Part shown: piece after piece, positions 37,893 through 48,346 of the stretch
How the letters are laid out: each line of letters starts with the position of its first letter
Position numbering within the stretch: the first letter of the stretch is position 1
NCBI GenBank assembly: GCA_024720975.1
Contig: JANJXX010000001.1
Coordinates: 144,970 to 208,969, forward strand
From: Thermoproteota archaeon
Lineage (GTDB): Archaea; Asgardarchaeota; Njordarchaeia; Njordarchaeales; Panguiarchaeaceae
Direction of reading: 5' to 3'
DNA length: 64,000 bases
Translations under genes and position numbers: made by a program
The notes under the pieces: model-generated
Told to the model about the DNA's origin: nothing
Database searches by the model: none
The model's input: only the letters and a program-made list of their open reading frames with translations

Positions 37893-37903
37893 TTTTATCC
37901 CGC

Positions 37904-38947
37904 TTAGTATCTAACGCGAGGATCTAGTAGTGCATATGATATGTCAGCTATTATATTTGCAAATATTGTTGCTAGGGCTATGAAATAAAACGTAGCCTCA
38001 ACTAGTGGATAGTCGAGCTGTATAATTGCCTGGAAAAGTAAGTAGCCAATGCCTGGAATTACAAATATTGTCTCTGTTATCACTGCACCGGTCCATACAA
38101 AAGCTAATGCTAAAATAACTCCTGTCACTACCGGAAGTATAGCATTTCTGAAGGCGTGTTTGTACAGGATTGTAGCTTCATCTAGACCCTTAGCCTTTGC
38201 CGTCAGTATGTAATCCTCTCCCATAACTTCCATTAAGCTATTCCTCATAAGAAGCATCCATCCTGCGAAGCCAGCTATGACCAAAGTCATAATTGGTAGA
38301 ATTAACATGAAGAACATATCCAAAGCATTTATGAGAATATCACTTGTGGACTTACCATAGTAAAATAACCCACCGGCAGCAGGCCAGATAGTCCAATTGA
38401 CGGTAAACAGTAGCTTGAAGATCAACTGCAACCAAAATGTAGGTATGGAATATAACATCAACGCCACGGCCATCATTATTACATCAAACTTGCCACCAGG
38501 TCTCGCACCTAGTCTGGCACCGATCGCGATTCCTATCCCTATGGCTATCAGCGTTTCTGGCAGTATTAGATACACCGAGACTGGAATACGTGCTGCTAGA
38601 ATTTCCACTATTGGTCGTCCTGAGTATAAGAACAGGTCCTCGCCAAGATTAAATGTGAACATATTAATCATGTACATTATTAGGTGATCCAACCAAACGC
38701 CAATAGGTGCATGAAGGCTTGGAATTCTCCAACGCTGTTTAAAAGAAAGTAGCATAAATACCATTCTTTCAGCTGTGAAACTGCCTGCAGCGACACGGGA
38801 GTAAACATAGTACCAACTAGGGTCCGAACCCGTTACAATTGATGGCAGTCTAAATAGAAACCAGTTGAAGATCATGACCACAATCAATGTTATCATACCA
38901 GTAACTACGCGTCTGGCTGCATATGATCCCAATCCCAAGGATGACAC
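37904..38947 (-). CDS. peptide/nickel ABC transporter permease, DppB/OppB type
   Basis: 347 aa. N-terminal RRVVTGMITLIVVMIFNWFLFRL and an EAA-loop region (EDYILTAKAKGLDEATILYKHAFRNA) are typical of the BPD_transp_1 DppB family. Confidence 0.85.
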   Translation of the reverse strand: MSSLGLGSYAARRVVTGMITLIVVMIFNWFLFRLPSIVTGSDPSWYYVYSRVAAGSFTAERMVFMLLSFKQRWRIPSLHAPIGVWLDHLIMYMINMFTFNLGEDLFLYSGRPIVEILAARIPVSVYLILPETLIAIGIGIAIGARLGARPGGKFDVIMMAVALMLYSIPTFWLQLIFKLLFTVNWTIWPAAGGLFYYGKSTSDILINALDMFFMLILPIMTLVIAGFAGWMLLMRNSLMEVMGEDYILTAKAKGLDEATILYKHAFRNAILPVVTGVILALAFVWTGAVITETIFVIPGIGYLLFQAIIQLDYPLVEATFYFIALATIFANIIADISYALLDPRVRY

Positions 38948-39121
38948 CTAATGGCCAAATGGCAAATCAGCAGGAATCACAATATAATGTTGACTATTTA
39001 GGTTATAAAGGATTATGCGATACGCCGCCTTTAGTTTGGTCAAAAACTTAAAGAAGTTTTTTTGAGCATCAGCATTCAATTTATTATCATATAAAAAATC
39101 TAAAAACAGATAATACTGCCA

Positions 39122-40372
39122 CTATCTGGTAGGTCTAAATAGTGAGAGAGCCTGTGCTATTATTAAGATTGCTAATAATTTTGCTGAGAATGTTGTGCTA
39201 AATATCCCTCCTGCTTCCTCGATTTCTATAGCTATTGATTCCACCGCAAATCCAAATCCATGCACAAGGAACAAGTACATTAGCGCGATAATTATGAAAG
39301 CGAGTATAGAGAGTTTCAGACCCATTAAGCGATGCCACTCAGTTACAATTGGCAGCATCTTATGCCTCCGCGCTAGTTCATCGTCCGGCAGTGTAAGGGA
39401 GATAAATGGTGTCGCCAACATTAGATATTTCGATGGGAGAGATTTCGCACCTAAAGTAAATACCACATAGCTCCAAGCAGCCAATATCAAAATCATGAGT
39501 AAAATGCCCATCGGAGGTAACATTGACACTATGTGTGGAATATCACTTACGTTCACAACAATTACTGATAACGGAGACCATATGTAATAACGCATCTTAA
39601 AAACGCCCAGGAAGCCAGATGGAACTATAGACTCCGCTATTGGTAAAGCAGCACATATTAATGATAACAAGGTCATATGACCGCGGAATCTCCACCAATT
39701 AGAAAGATTGTATTTCTCGACGAATACATACTTATCGACCCACATAATTAAGTTGCTTATCACGCAGATGAACAGTAGTATTAAACCAACTCCCCAGTCG
39801 ATATTGTAGTTGTAACTAGCGCATTTATACGTCGACATCAAGCTTTTAGCTTGTCGCCATAGATCCACTTTAAAAGCACAAACGTTCGTTTCGCCTACTG
39901 GCAAAAGGTTGTTAGCATAAACATAAGCAACAAGAAGTGCTAGACCTAACAATGTGTTAAATAATTCCATCCGCCTATACATAGCTAGTACATGTTTAAT
40001 TGGTTTAAACTCTACTAGCAACAGAAGTATATTTATTATAACTAATGCGATTGCAAATAGACCAAATATAGTTATAAATCCTGCAAAGAGTACATCCAGT
40101 AAGTATACAGGATTCTTATTCAAGCCAGTAATGTCATATAAGTCCACATGTGTCTCATTGTGGATTATTCCTATCGGATATACTCGAAACTGGAGGTAGC
40201 CCTCTATAGCGTTACTCTTGAGACTAGGCGGCACGAAACTTACTGTCATTTGCGTCCATGGGAGCACTAAAGATGCCGAGAGCATTAATACAATGGCTAT
40301 TCGATAAATAGCTAGCAGAGAGATTTCTCGACCTAGGATCTTAACCATTCTCTTAGGTTTAACAGCTTGCAT
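39122..40372 (-). CDS. uncharacterised polytopic membrane protein (about 10 hydrophobic segments)
   Basis: 416 aa, strongly hydrophobic, no recognisable motif. It sits between the solute-binding protein and DppB-type permease genes. Confidence 0.6.
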   Translation of the reverse strand: MQAVKPKRMVKILGREISLLAIYRIAIVLMLSASLVLPWTQMTVSFVPPSLKSNAIEGYLQFRVYPIGIIHNETHVDLYDITGLNKNPVYLLDVLFAGFITIFGLFAIALVIINILLLLVEFKPIKHVLAMYRRMELFNTLLGLALLVAYVYANNLLPVGETNVCAFKVDLWRQAKSLMSTYKCASYNYNIDWGVGLILLFICVISNLIMWVDKYVFVEKYNLSNWWRFRGHMTLLSLICAALPIAESIVPSGFLGVFKMRYYIWSPLSVIVVNVSDIPHIVSMLPPMGILLMILILAAWSYVVFTLGAKSLPSKYLMLATPFISLTLPDDELARRHKMLPIVTEWHRLMGLKLSILAFIIIALMYLFLVHGFGFAVESIAIEIEEAGGIFSTTFSAKLLAILIIAQALSLFRPTR

Positions 40373-40550
40373 TATTATTCGCCCCCTATGTCACTGCAAA
40401 TTATAGCTAAAACTAAAAGAGAAATTTAAAGCTGCGGCGGAGTCTAGTTTCTTATAGAACCTTAGTAATCTCTTGCCAGAAGTCTATGAGTCTCCTTAAC
40501 AAAAAATAGAAAAAGGTCTAAAAAGATAAGGCAACCCTACCTAGTTTTGT

Positions 40551-42572
40551 CTAGCCTGCAGGCTTCCTACGTATTAAGAATGCAACAGCTATCAATGCTA
40601 TGTCTACGACTATTCCTGCAGCTATCCATAATGGAGCATCTGGGGCGGTCAGTATTGATATTGTTATTGGACGAATAACGGGTGGGACACCTACTTTATA
40701 TCCTATAGGTTTAACGGCTTTAAGCAACGTGTATGTGTTTGTTACCGGGGCTCCGGTAAGCTCTTCAAATACACCAACCCAACCATCGTCGCCAAACCTC
40801 TCAGCAGATCTATAAGCGCCGACTATTGTGTTCAGGTAAATCGGTATATCTGGATTCTCCCATACAAGGATTTGTTGCATTCTCCAAACTTTTTCGTAGA
40901 TCCTTGATATGTTAGGCTCCTGGTAGAAGGACTCTTTCACGAGCGTGTCAAACTCATCATTCTTCCACCCAGCATATCTTCCAATTGTTCCCCAACTAGC
41001 AAATCCCTCCAGAATTGTCGGCAGTCTTCCTAGACCATACCCAAAGAACATTAATTGGAATGCTCCTGTAGCTCTTAGTGACAACAATGTTCTAAAGTCT
41101 ACGAATCTGGTTGTAACTTTGAAGCCACATGCTTCAAGCGATCTTGCTAATGTTGTGACTATGTCACGCACATCCTTTGTGTCTGTACCTATCATTTCAA
41201 CTGTTACATCGGTACCGTCTTGATAGTCTAGATATGGGTCCTCATCCCAGAAGCTGATGTTCAGTTTTGCCAGCTCTTCTAGAGCCTTAGGCTTATTTGA
41301 GTCGAAGTATGACACGTTCTTCCTAAACTCTGCAGGAACCTCGGGATGTTCAATACTCCAGCGACCCATTGACTTTGGTACTGGTGAGTCTAGGGGTTCA
41401 GCGTATCCAGCCCAGACTGTTTGACAGACTGCCCTCTTGTCGAATGCATATGCTATTGCCCTTCTAAATTCTGCTTTTTTAAATGGATCTGTTCTACAGT
41501 TAATAAGAACATGACCAAATCCCAGACGTGGAGCGTATGCTAATGTTAGGTTTGCACGAGTAAACTCGCTGTGATAGCGTCCGAATCCAAAGTCTGCAGC
41601 CATGTCGATCTCTCCTTTAATCAGTGCGGTTGCTACATCTGCTGTTTCGATTATGACTCTGTACTTTAGCTTCTTGATATATGGACCTCTCAGCGCATCT
41701 ACGCCTTTTTCATCAACGTACTCTTTAGTTAGTGGACGCCAGGGTTCTACAACTTTCCCATCAACTATGGCTCCCATGAAATACTTTTCATTTCTTTCAA
41801 ATTCAAATAGCGTTACCTCTGTGCACATAGCTCCTTCTGGATACCACCTTACTAACTTGAATGCTCCGTAACCTGTTAATATTGGATCAGTTGGACTTTT
41901 GGCTCTGTACTCAAGAACATCACTTTGAGTTAAGGTCCAGTTGGGGAATGTTTCAGCCTTCTCCGGAAAGCCCCAAGCACTCGCTTGTTCATAAATGTGC
42001 TTGGGGAATACTAGTATCAGTGCGTACCTAGCACTAATGTAACCCATAGTATTTAAGAACACCTTTACTGTGAAATTATCCACCTTTGTGGCATTTATAA
42101 GTATCCTTGCTAACTCTAACCATGCTTCGCTATATTCACCCAGCCACTTGATGAAGTCATAAGTGAACACAACATCGTCAGCAGTTAGTTGTTTTCCATC
42201 GAAGAAATATATATTATCTCTAAACTTGAAGGTCCAATAGCTAATGTTCTGCTCGGATATGACAGTCCATGTTGGTTTTTCTGCGAGCATCCATGGGAAG
42301 TCTGCTTCTATGTCGAAGTAATTAAATGGATTTGGGATTGTGAATCCATCGAAGATGAGGCCTAAAACATCCCAGTCATATGCTGTTACTGTCGAAGTTG
42401 GATTTAAGCTATCTACATAGTAGCCGAGTGCTAGTGTCATTTCGGAGTCTGGGTTGGGTGTAATTTGTCCCTGCATTGTCGTAACGGTGTTTGGTTTGGC
42501 ACCTATTGATGCGATAGCAAGCGACAGGGAGAACAAGATTGCTAGGGATATTGCGATCAAGCTCTTTTTCAT
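40551..42572 (-). CDS. ABC transporter solute-binding protein, family 5 (peptide/nickel, DppA/OppA-like), with a C-terminal membrane anchor
   Basis: 673 aa. Signal peptide (LIAISLAILFSLSLAIASIGA) and SBP_bac_5-like blocks (FKFRDNIYFFDGKQLTADDVVFTY, GAFKLVRW). The C-terminal TM (LWIAAGIVVDIALIAVAFLIRRK) is characteristic of archaeal binding proteins. Confidence 0.85.
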   Translation of the reverse strand: MKKSLIAISLAILFSLSLAIASIGAKPNTVTTMQGQITPNPDSEMTLALGYYVDSLNPTSTVTAYDWDVLGLIFDGFTIPNPFNYFDIEADFPWMLAEKPTWTVISEQNISYWTFKFRDNIYFFDGKQLTADDVVFTYDFIKWLGEYSEAWLELARILINATKVDNFTVKVFLNTMGYISARYALILVFPKHIYEQASAWGFPEKAETFPNWTLTQSDVLEYRAKSPTDPILTGYGAFKLVRWYPEGAMCTEVTLFEFERNEKYFMGAIVDGKVVEPWRPLTKEYVDEKGVDALRGPYIKKLKYRVIIETADVATALIKGEIDMAADFGFGRYHSEFTRANLTLAYAPRLGFGHVLINCRTDPFKKAEFRRAIAYAFDKRAVCQTVWAGYAEPLDSPVPKSMGRWSIEHPEVPAEFRKNVSYFDSNKPKALEELAKLNISFWDEDPYLDYQDGTDVTVEMIGTDTKDVRDIVTTLARSLEACGFKVTTRFVDFRTLLSLRATGAFQLMFFGYGLGRLPTILEGFASWGTIGRYAGWKNDEFDTLVKESFYQEPNISRIYEKVWRMQQILVWENPDIPIYLNTIVGAYRSAERFGDDGWVGVFEELTGAPVTNTYTLLKAVKPIGYKVGVPPVIRPITISILTAPDAPLWIAAGIVVDIALIAVAFLIRRKPAG

Positions 42573-42784
42573 ACGTATCCCACCATGCAGCAGTTCTATA
42601 GTAACTAGGCTTATTTTATTTATAAATGATAACCGCTCACCAGCTAATATTAAAATTTTTGGACATGATCGTGGCGCTTCTCTGAGATTTCTGTAGTTGT
42701 GTGATTACTTCAGCTGTAAGTACAGAGAAAGCTTTGCTGTCTTCGGAATAAAGAAAAAAAGGTTTGGACAGTTAGCTTGGGGAT

Positions 42785-44884
42785 CTAGAACCTCCTCCTT
42801 CTTTTCGGATTGATTAACTCATCGTATGCATCGCTTATTGCATAGAAGGCGTATGCGATTAGCATTAGTACCAATCCGGGGAAGAATAGCCAGTGAAATC
42901 TTTCCATCGCAAGTCCGCCGCCGCCTCCTGTTGCTGGTGATATACCGCTAGCCTCTTGGATCATTCTTCCTAGGGAATCCCATTTGGGTACAAGTACTCC
43001 CAGGAAAGTTAAGCCAGCTTCTGCTAGAATGTTTCCGACGACACCCACCATTATGTACATTAGAACTAATGGCCATACTCCAGGTAGGATATGCTTCCTT
43101 ATTACATAAAATGACGATGCACCAGATGCTTTCGCTGCTTCTACATATATGCTAGTTCTAAGTGCTAACACCTGTGATCTTATCGTTCGTGACATTCCAG
43201 CCCAGCCGAGTATTGATAGGACTATGATTATTGTCCACAGCACATCTATTCCGATGTTATTGAAGATGAATGCTAAAACTAGGAGCAATGGAAATGTTGG
43301 TATTGACATGAAGAAGTCACAAATTCTCATTATCACCTCGTCTGTGCGGCCACCTTTATATCCGGCAACTAGGCCGAGTGAAACGCCAATAAATATGTTT
43401 GCAAATGCTGCAGTGAATCCCACGAACAGCGAGATTTTAAGTCCACTTATGATCATACTGAGAATATCCCTCCCTCTGTCATCTACGCCAAATACGCCAT
43501 AGTACCTATCTTGTGCTTGTAGCTTAATGTCATCGAGCAATAACCGCAATACTAAAGGCTCTTTCATCATATTGCGGAGTTTTAGAGCATCCTCTGATGC
43601 GTATCTAAATTTCAGTATGAACTTAACTATGGTGATATTGCCCCTCTGGAAGAAGTGCATATAGTAGTCCTTCTTGTTCATGAGCATTGTTGGCTCTGTT
43701 TCCCTCCCTATGTCGTAGCTCTCATTAACCCAGGTTTTTTCTATGGGTTTTTGCCTATACTGGATTAATCCTTCATGCGCATCTATTTCCACTTCAGGTA
43801 TTACCACGCCATATTTTTCTCGAATATACTCCCTTAACTCAGTCCCGTTAATTACTTTTCCTTTTACAGGATCCCAGAGTGACGTAATTATATATAGACC
43901 CGCATCTGCAATGCTAAACACTTCAGCGAGTTCTTCAACTGCCCACGTAATTTCGACGTTTACGACTGCTTCTCCGGGTCCAGTGTTTAGTACACTAAAC
44001 GCAATGTATTCTTTAGCTTTCACGTTTACTTCTACGTTTTGTCCACTGTAGCTTCTGGCTGGTTCGATATCACTGGTGATTGTTACGTTTAATGTTACAG
44101 GTGAACTTGCTTGTGCTTTAATAGTGAAAATCTTTGAGCTGCTGAGATACAGGTATATGTTGTCGCTAATGCTTCCCCCTTCTGAAATATTGCTGCTTAA
44201 TTTATATATGGGAGGTACATAGAATTCGTATTTACGAGCAAACCACGCGTAGATCATATACGGAGGACCACGATACTCCCAGTGAATATTAAGGCAGAGA
44301 CCTGCTGTCACGTATGAATAGTTTTCTGGCGGAAGTATTCCAAGACTCTTACTAGTGTCATCGGTGATTTCTAAAACCGCTGCACCATCAGGAGTCTTAG
44401 CCCCAGTGCTTTTATCTATGTAGAGTTTATGCGAAAGACTGGGCCATAGATATCCATTTGGGTTCACAAAATGTGGATAAACTACTCCGGTTGGGATTGA
44501 TGGTATACTCGTCGGTGAAGTCTGTACATCGGAATCTTGGGAGAAATATGTCCTGACTACTTGTACGTCACCGCCTATTGACGTTGGGTCAAAAATTCTT
44601 GCCCATTCGGGATACGATAGTGGGGCATGCTTGAAGTCATGAGGATGCGGTACTATCCATGGAGATAGAATAGAAAGTATCGTTAATGTAACTAAAATTG
44701 TGAATCCGAAAGATCCTCTTTTTATTTTGAAGAATTGCTTCACGACATATTTGCGTCTTTCTCTCCGGACTTTCTTATATCTCTCTAACATTTCCGTTAC
44801 GGAAATTCTCTCGCTGCTCGACATTTCTGACACCAAGATAGTGGTTGAATTAAATCCAAAACCTAGAAGTCTATAAATACTCAA
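42785..44884 (-). CDS. peptide/nickel ABC transporter permease, DppC/OppC type, with a very large extracytoplasmic insertion after TM1
   Basis: 699 aa. The last roughly 230 aa are a canonical DppC core (ISGLKISLFVGFTAAF..., DEVIMRICDFFMSIPTFPLLLVLA, YVEAAKASGAS). One TM precedes it (FTILVTLTILSILSPWIV), then about 380 aa of non-hydrophobic sequence. An alternative ATG start is at 44824. Confidence 0.85.
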   Translation of the reverse strand: MSIYRLLGFGFNSTTILVSEMSSSERISVTEMLERYKKVRRERRKYVVKQFFKIKRGSFGFTILVTLTILSILSPWIVPHPHDFKHAPLSYPEWARIFDPTSIGGDVQVVRTYFSQDSDVQTSPTSIPSIPTGVVYPHFVNPNGYLWPSLSHKLYIDKSTGAKTPDGAAVLEITDDTSKSLGILPPENYSYVTAGLCLNIHWEYRGPPYMIYAWFARKYEFYVPPIYKLSSNISEGGSISDNIYLYLSSSKIFTIKAQASSPVTLNVTITSDIEPARSYSGQNVEVNVKAKEYIAFSVLNTGPGEAVVNVEITWAVEELAEVFSIADAGLYIITSLWDPVKGKVINGTELREYIREKYGVVIPEVEIDAHEGLIQYRQKPIEKTWVNESYDIGRETEPTMLMNKKDYYMHFFQRGNITIVKFILKFRYASEDALKLRNMMKEPLVLRLLLDDIKLQAQDRYYGVFGVDDRGRDILSMIISGLKISLFVGFTAAFANIFIGVSLGLVAGYKGGRTDEVIMRICDFFMSIPTFPLLLVLAFIFNNIGIDVLWTIIIVLSILGWAGMSRTIRSQVLALRTSIYVEAAKASGASSFYVIRKHILPGVWPLVLMYIMVGVVGNILAEAGLTFLGVLVPKWDSLGRMIQEASGISPATGGGGGLAMERFHWLFFPGLVLMLIAYAFYAISDAYDELINPKRRRRF

Positions 44885-45000
44885 AATCCTATTTAATAGC
44901 TTCTTTGTTTTGAAAGCTCAATTGATAGGAACCAAAGCTGCCTACTACACCACAGGAGTATTAAATACCTTTTTGGTGCCCCTCTTATTGGTGAAGACTT

Positions 45001-46233
45001 GTGGCGGAACTCAAGCCTGCAATTCTTGGAGGAGAACCCGTCACAAAAAGAAAGATACCATTCACCCAAATCGTGCTCACGGATGATGAAAGCCAGGCTA
45101 TTAGTGATGTTCTCAAAACAAAAATTTTCGTTTGTGGAGATTATACAGAGCTTCTTGAGAGAGAATTTGCTAGGTATGTTGGAACGAAGCATGCTATAGC
45201 CGTTAGTAATGGAACTGATGGACTTTTTCTATCTTTTCTTGCCTTGGATATAACTTTCGGATCAAGAGTTGTAACCACACCACTGACTTTTGTAGCTTCG
45301 GCTTCAACTATACTGCACACGGGTGCTGTGCCTGTATTTGTTGATGTTCTTCCCGACGGAAATCTAGATCCACGCAAGGTCTCTGAAGTAGACAATTTTA
45401 ATGCCATTTGTTTAGTCCACCTCTATGGACTGCCAGTTGATTTTGATGACTTTCAAAGAATTTCTGTTGAAAGAGGCATTCCAATAATAGAAGATGCCTC
45501 TCATGCACACGGGGCAGAATATAATGGACGTAAGGTAGGAAGTCTTGGAGACATTGCTGTATTCAGCTTGTATCCTTCTAAAATTATTGCTGCTGGCGGT
45601 TGGGGCGGAATAATAACCACAAACGCCGATGAACTTAATGAGAAGCTTAGGTTGTTACGCGCACACGGTGAGCTAAGGGTTCTTGCTGGGGAGAAGGGAG
45701 CTTATGAGTACATTAGATTAGGTTATAATCTACGAATGTCTGAAATTGAAGCTGCTGTAGCATATTTCCAGCTACGTAAGTTGGACAAATTCGTTGAAGC
45801 CCGGAGGAGACTTGCTAGTTACTTAACAGAACTGCTATCGGATGTACCAGGTATAAAGCTCCCGAAGGAGCCTCCAGGGAAAAAGCATGCATTCTATATA
45901 TATGCCATACAGATTGATCCTAGTGAGATCGGTTGGACACGCGATGCATTTGTCGATGCATTAAATGCTGAGGGAATATCCGCGCGTGCTGGCTATCATA
46001 CGCCCCTTCATAAAACGAAGCTATTCCAAAACATAAATGATCCAAGGATAAATCACTTTGCCCGCGTTGTAAGGTATCCCGACTACGCCTCCTTAAGTCT
46101 TCCACTGGCTGAGAGCTTGGCAAGAACCACTGTCTGGCTACCTATGTATCCAACGTTAAGTCTTGACGAAGTTGAACAAATAGCTAGAGCCGTAAAGAAA
46201 CTTGTTGATTGGGGGATAAAGCATAAGACCTAA
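45001..46233 (+). CDS. DegT/DnrJ/EryC1/StrS family PLP-dependent sugar aminotransferase
   Basis: 410 aa with a GTG start. Blocks AVSNGTDGL, IIEDASHAHGA and FSLYPSKII (PLP Lys) are typical of the family. Confidence 0.9.
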   Translation: MAELKPAILGGEPVTKRKIPFTQIVLTDDESQAISDVLKTKIFVCGDYTELLEREFARYVGTKHAIAVSNGTDGLFLSFLALDITFGSRVVTTPLTFVASASTILHTGAVPVFVDVLPDGNLDPRKVSEVDNFNAICLVHLYGLPVDFDDFQRISVERGIPIIEDASHAHGAEYNGRKVGSLGDIAVFSLYPSKIIAAGGWGGIITTNADELNEKLRLLRAHGELRVLAGEKGAYEYIRLGYNLRMSEIEAAVAYFQLRKLDKFVEARRRLASYLTELLSDVPGIKLPKEPPGKKHAFYIYAIQIDPSEIGWTRDAFVDALNAEGISARAGYHTPLHKTKLFQNINDPRINHFARVVRYPDYASLSLPLAESLARTTVWLPMYPTLSLDEVEQIARAVKKLVDWGIKHKT

Positions 46234-48257
46234 TCTATTGACTTTCCAGGTTCCCACCTAACTTTCTTTATAGCTGCTATATTGTACTTTTTGATTATGT
46301 AGTCTGCTAATTCTTTGACAAGTTTCAGTCCACCTCTTTTAGCAGCCATGGATTCCTCTATGGTGTTTTCTGATACTATCTCATATACCCACGCAACCTT
46401 AGTCTTCTGGGGATCTAACCTTAAGACACGTCCAATGCGTTGGATAAACTCTCTTTCCTGCTTAGAACCTCCAGCAATTATAGCTACCGAGGCTTCACCT
46501 ACATCTACGCCTTCCTCGGCTTTGCGGATAATTACTAATGCTTGTAATAGGCACGATTTAAACTTCTCTATTATCTTTTCTTCCTCACTTTTCGAAGCCT
46601 CAGCTGTAAGTGCTGCCGCTGGGACTATCTTGTTAACTTCTTTTGCTATGCTCTTGGCAAATTTTATGGTTGGTGCAAATATGAATATCTTCTCGTCCTT
46701 ATGCTTTTTTACAATTTCCTTTATCACTTCAATTTTGGCCGGGTTTTCCTGCGCTATTGCTATCATTCTGTTGACAAGAAGCTTACGTTTAATGTCATCG
46801 AGTTTTCCTTGGATCTCCCCTTCAACACTTCGATATTCCAGCATTTTTTCGAGGGGAAGCGGAACATAAATTAGCCTATAGACCATTGGAGCCACGAGTC
46901 CACGCCTAACTAACTCTGGATATGATACTGAATGTACTATTTTACCAGCAAGCTTGAAGAGGAGGATCTCATTTTTATCCCTTCTCTTTGGAGTAGCTGA
47001 GAGAGCCATCTTGTATGGTGCTCGCATGTTCATTGCTACTTTTTTAAACGTACGAGCTGGTACGTGATGACATTCGTCGTAGATCACCAGCCAGAACCTG
47101 CCGCTTAGGCTCCCGATGTTTTTTACTCCTGACTGGTATGTTGCAACCGTTATATCTTTTATACTCTTCTCACCCCATCCTAACACTCCTATTTGATATT
47201 TTGGGATGCCAGTAAATTCAGCTATGCGCTCTCTCCATTGTTCAAGAAGCCACACATTTGGGACAAATACTATAGTTGGAACTTTTAGGCGTGCGATAGC
47301 CGCAATGCCGACGATAGTTTTTCCGCCTCCCGTTGGTAGAACAATCGTACCCCTGCAGCCGTTTTCTATCCACTTTGCAAGGGCTTGTAGTTGATGAGGA
47401 TATAGCTGAAAGTTCTCTTGCAAATTATCTAGTTTCTTATCAGGCAGTTGGTAATCTACATTAATATCAACATTATACTTCCTAGCAACGTCCTCTACGA
47501 ATCCTGCGGTGAATGGTGGTAAGTATATGTCTATGTATTCGAACCTCTCAAAAAGTTTAAATGCTTCAGCTATGCGCTCTTCATGGCCACCTTCAGCAAC
47601 TTCCACGAAGTAGTGTATAGTGCCAAGCTCCTTAAGATCCTCCACAAGTTCACTTGGTATTGATTTCGGTACTCTAACTAGGATCCTGTTATTTTTCGTC
47701 ACTTTCACGATAATCGTGGGCTTAGAGGGTTTCGGTTTAACCTCAAGTATGGCTTCTTTGAGTGCCGGGGGAAGTTTGTTTACTTCGCCTGAATTCACAA
47801 CTTCAAGAATTTTTTTAGAATTCATTGCGAGGTATTTTACAGTGATCTCTCCTATGTCATCAATGTGTACTTTCTTCTCTACTAATCTGATGGGTAAAAT
47901 GCTCTTGTTCACTTGCTTAGATACTTCATATGAATCTAAATCTATTAGCAATGTATAGATTACACCATTCTCATCATCTACTATGTGTTTTGGCACTTTT
48001 TCAATAAGCTTTTCGATAATCTCCATGATCTTATAAGCGTATTGATTATCCGTGGTCATTAACTCTTTGTTTATGAATTCCAAAAATTCGCTTAGTCTGC
48101 TGAATATACGCCATGATACAATCCAAGTTCTTTGTTCGGGGTCCCATTTAGCTACCTTTTTCATATGCTCTGCGAGTTCCTTGATTTTACTCCATGGAAA
48201 CTCCTTTGATGATTCTATTATTACATTTCCTATTTTCACGCGCTGTTTCATATTCAT
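46230..48257 (-). CDS. SF2 helicase, XPB/Rad25-like (ResIII + Helicase_C) with a roughly 290-aa uncharacterised N-terminal region
   Basis: 675 aa. Q/motif I region LYPHQLQALAKW...VLPTGGGKT, motif II DECH, motif III SATP followed by KRRD at the position of the XPB RED motif, and motif VI QRIGRVLR. AGGAG lies 8 nt upstream of the ATG. Confidence 0.85.
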   Translation of the reverse strand: MNMKQRVKIGNVIIESSKEFPWSKIKELAEHMKKVAKWDPEQRTWIVSWRIFSRLSEFLEFINKELMTTDNQYAYKIMEIIEKLIEKVPKHIVDDENGVIYTLLIDLDSYEVSKQVNKSILPIRLVEKKVHIDDIGEITVKYLAMNSKKILEVVNSGEVNKLPPALKEAILEVKPKPSKPTIIVKVTKNNRILVRVPKSIPSELVEDLKELGTIHYFVEVAEGGHEERIAEAFKLFERFEYIDIYLPPFTAGFVEDVARKYNVDINVDYQLPDKKLDNLQENFQLYPHQLQALAKWIENGCRGTIVLPTGGGKTIVGIAAIARLKVPTIVFVPNVWLLEQWRERIAEFTGIPKYQIGVLGWGEKSIKDITVATYQSGVKNIGSLSGRFWLVIYDECHHVPARTFKKVAMNMRAPYKMALSATPKRRDKNEILLFKLAGKIVHSVSYPELVRRGLVAPMVYRLIYVPLPLEKMLEYRSVEGEIQGKLDDIKRKLLVNRMIAIAQENPAKIEVIKEIVKKHKDEKIFIFAPTIKFAKSIAKEVNKIVPAAALTAEASKSEEEKIIEKFKSCLLQALVIIRKAEEGVDVGEASVAIIAGGSKQEREFIQRIGRVLRLDPQKTKVAWVYEIVSENTIEESMAAKRGGLKLVKELADYIIKKYNIAAIKKVRWEPGKSID

Positions 48258-48346
48258 AGTTTTTTCTCCTATTAGATAAAGATTCCAAGCAGTAGTTAAA
48301 CAAAGATATTAAAAGTGCATAAGGCATACCAATGATGCACTGGATA

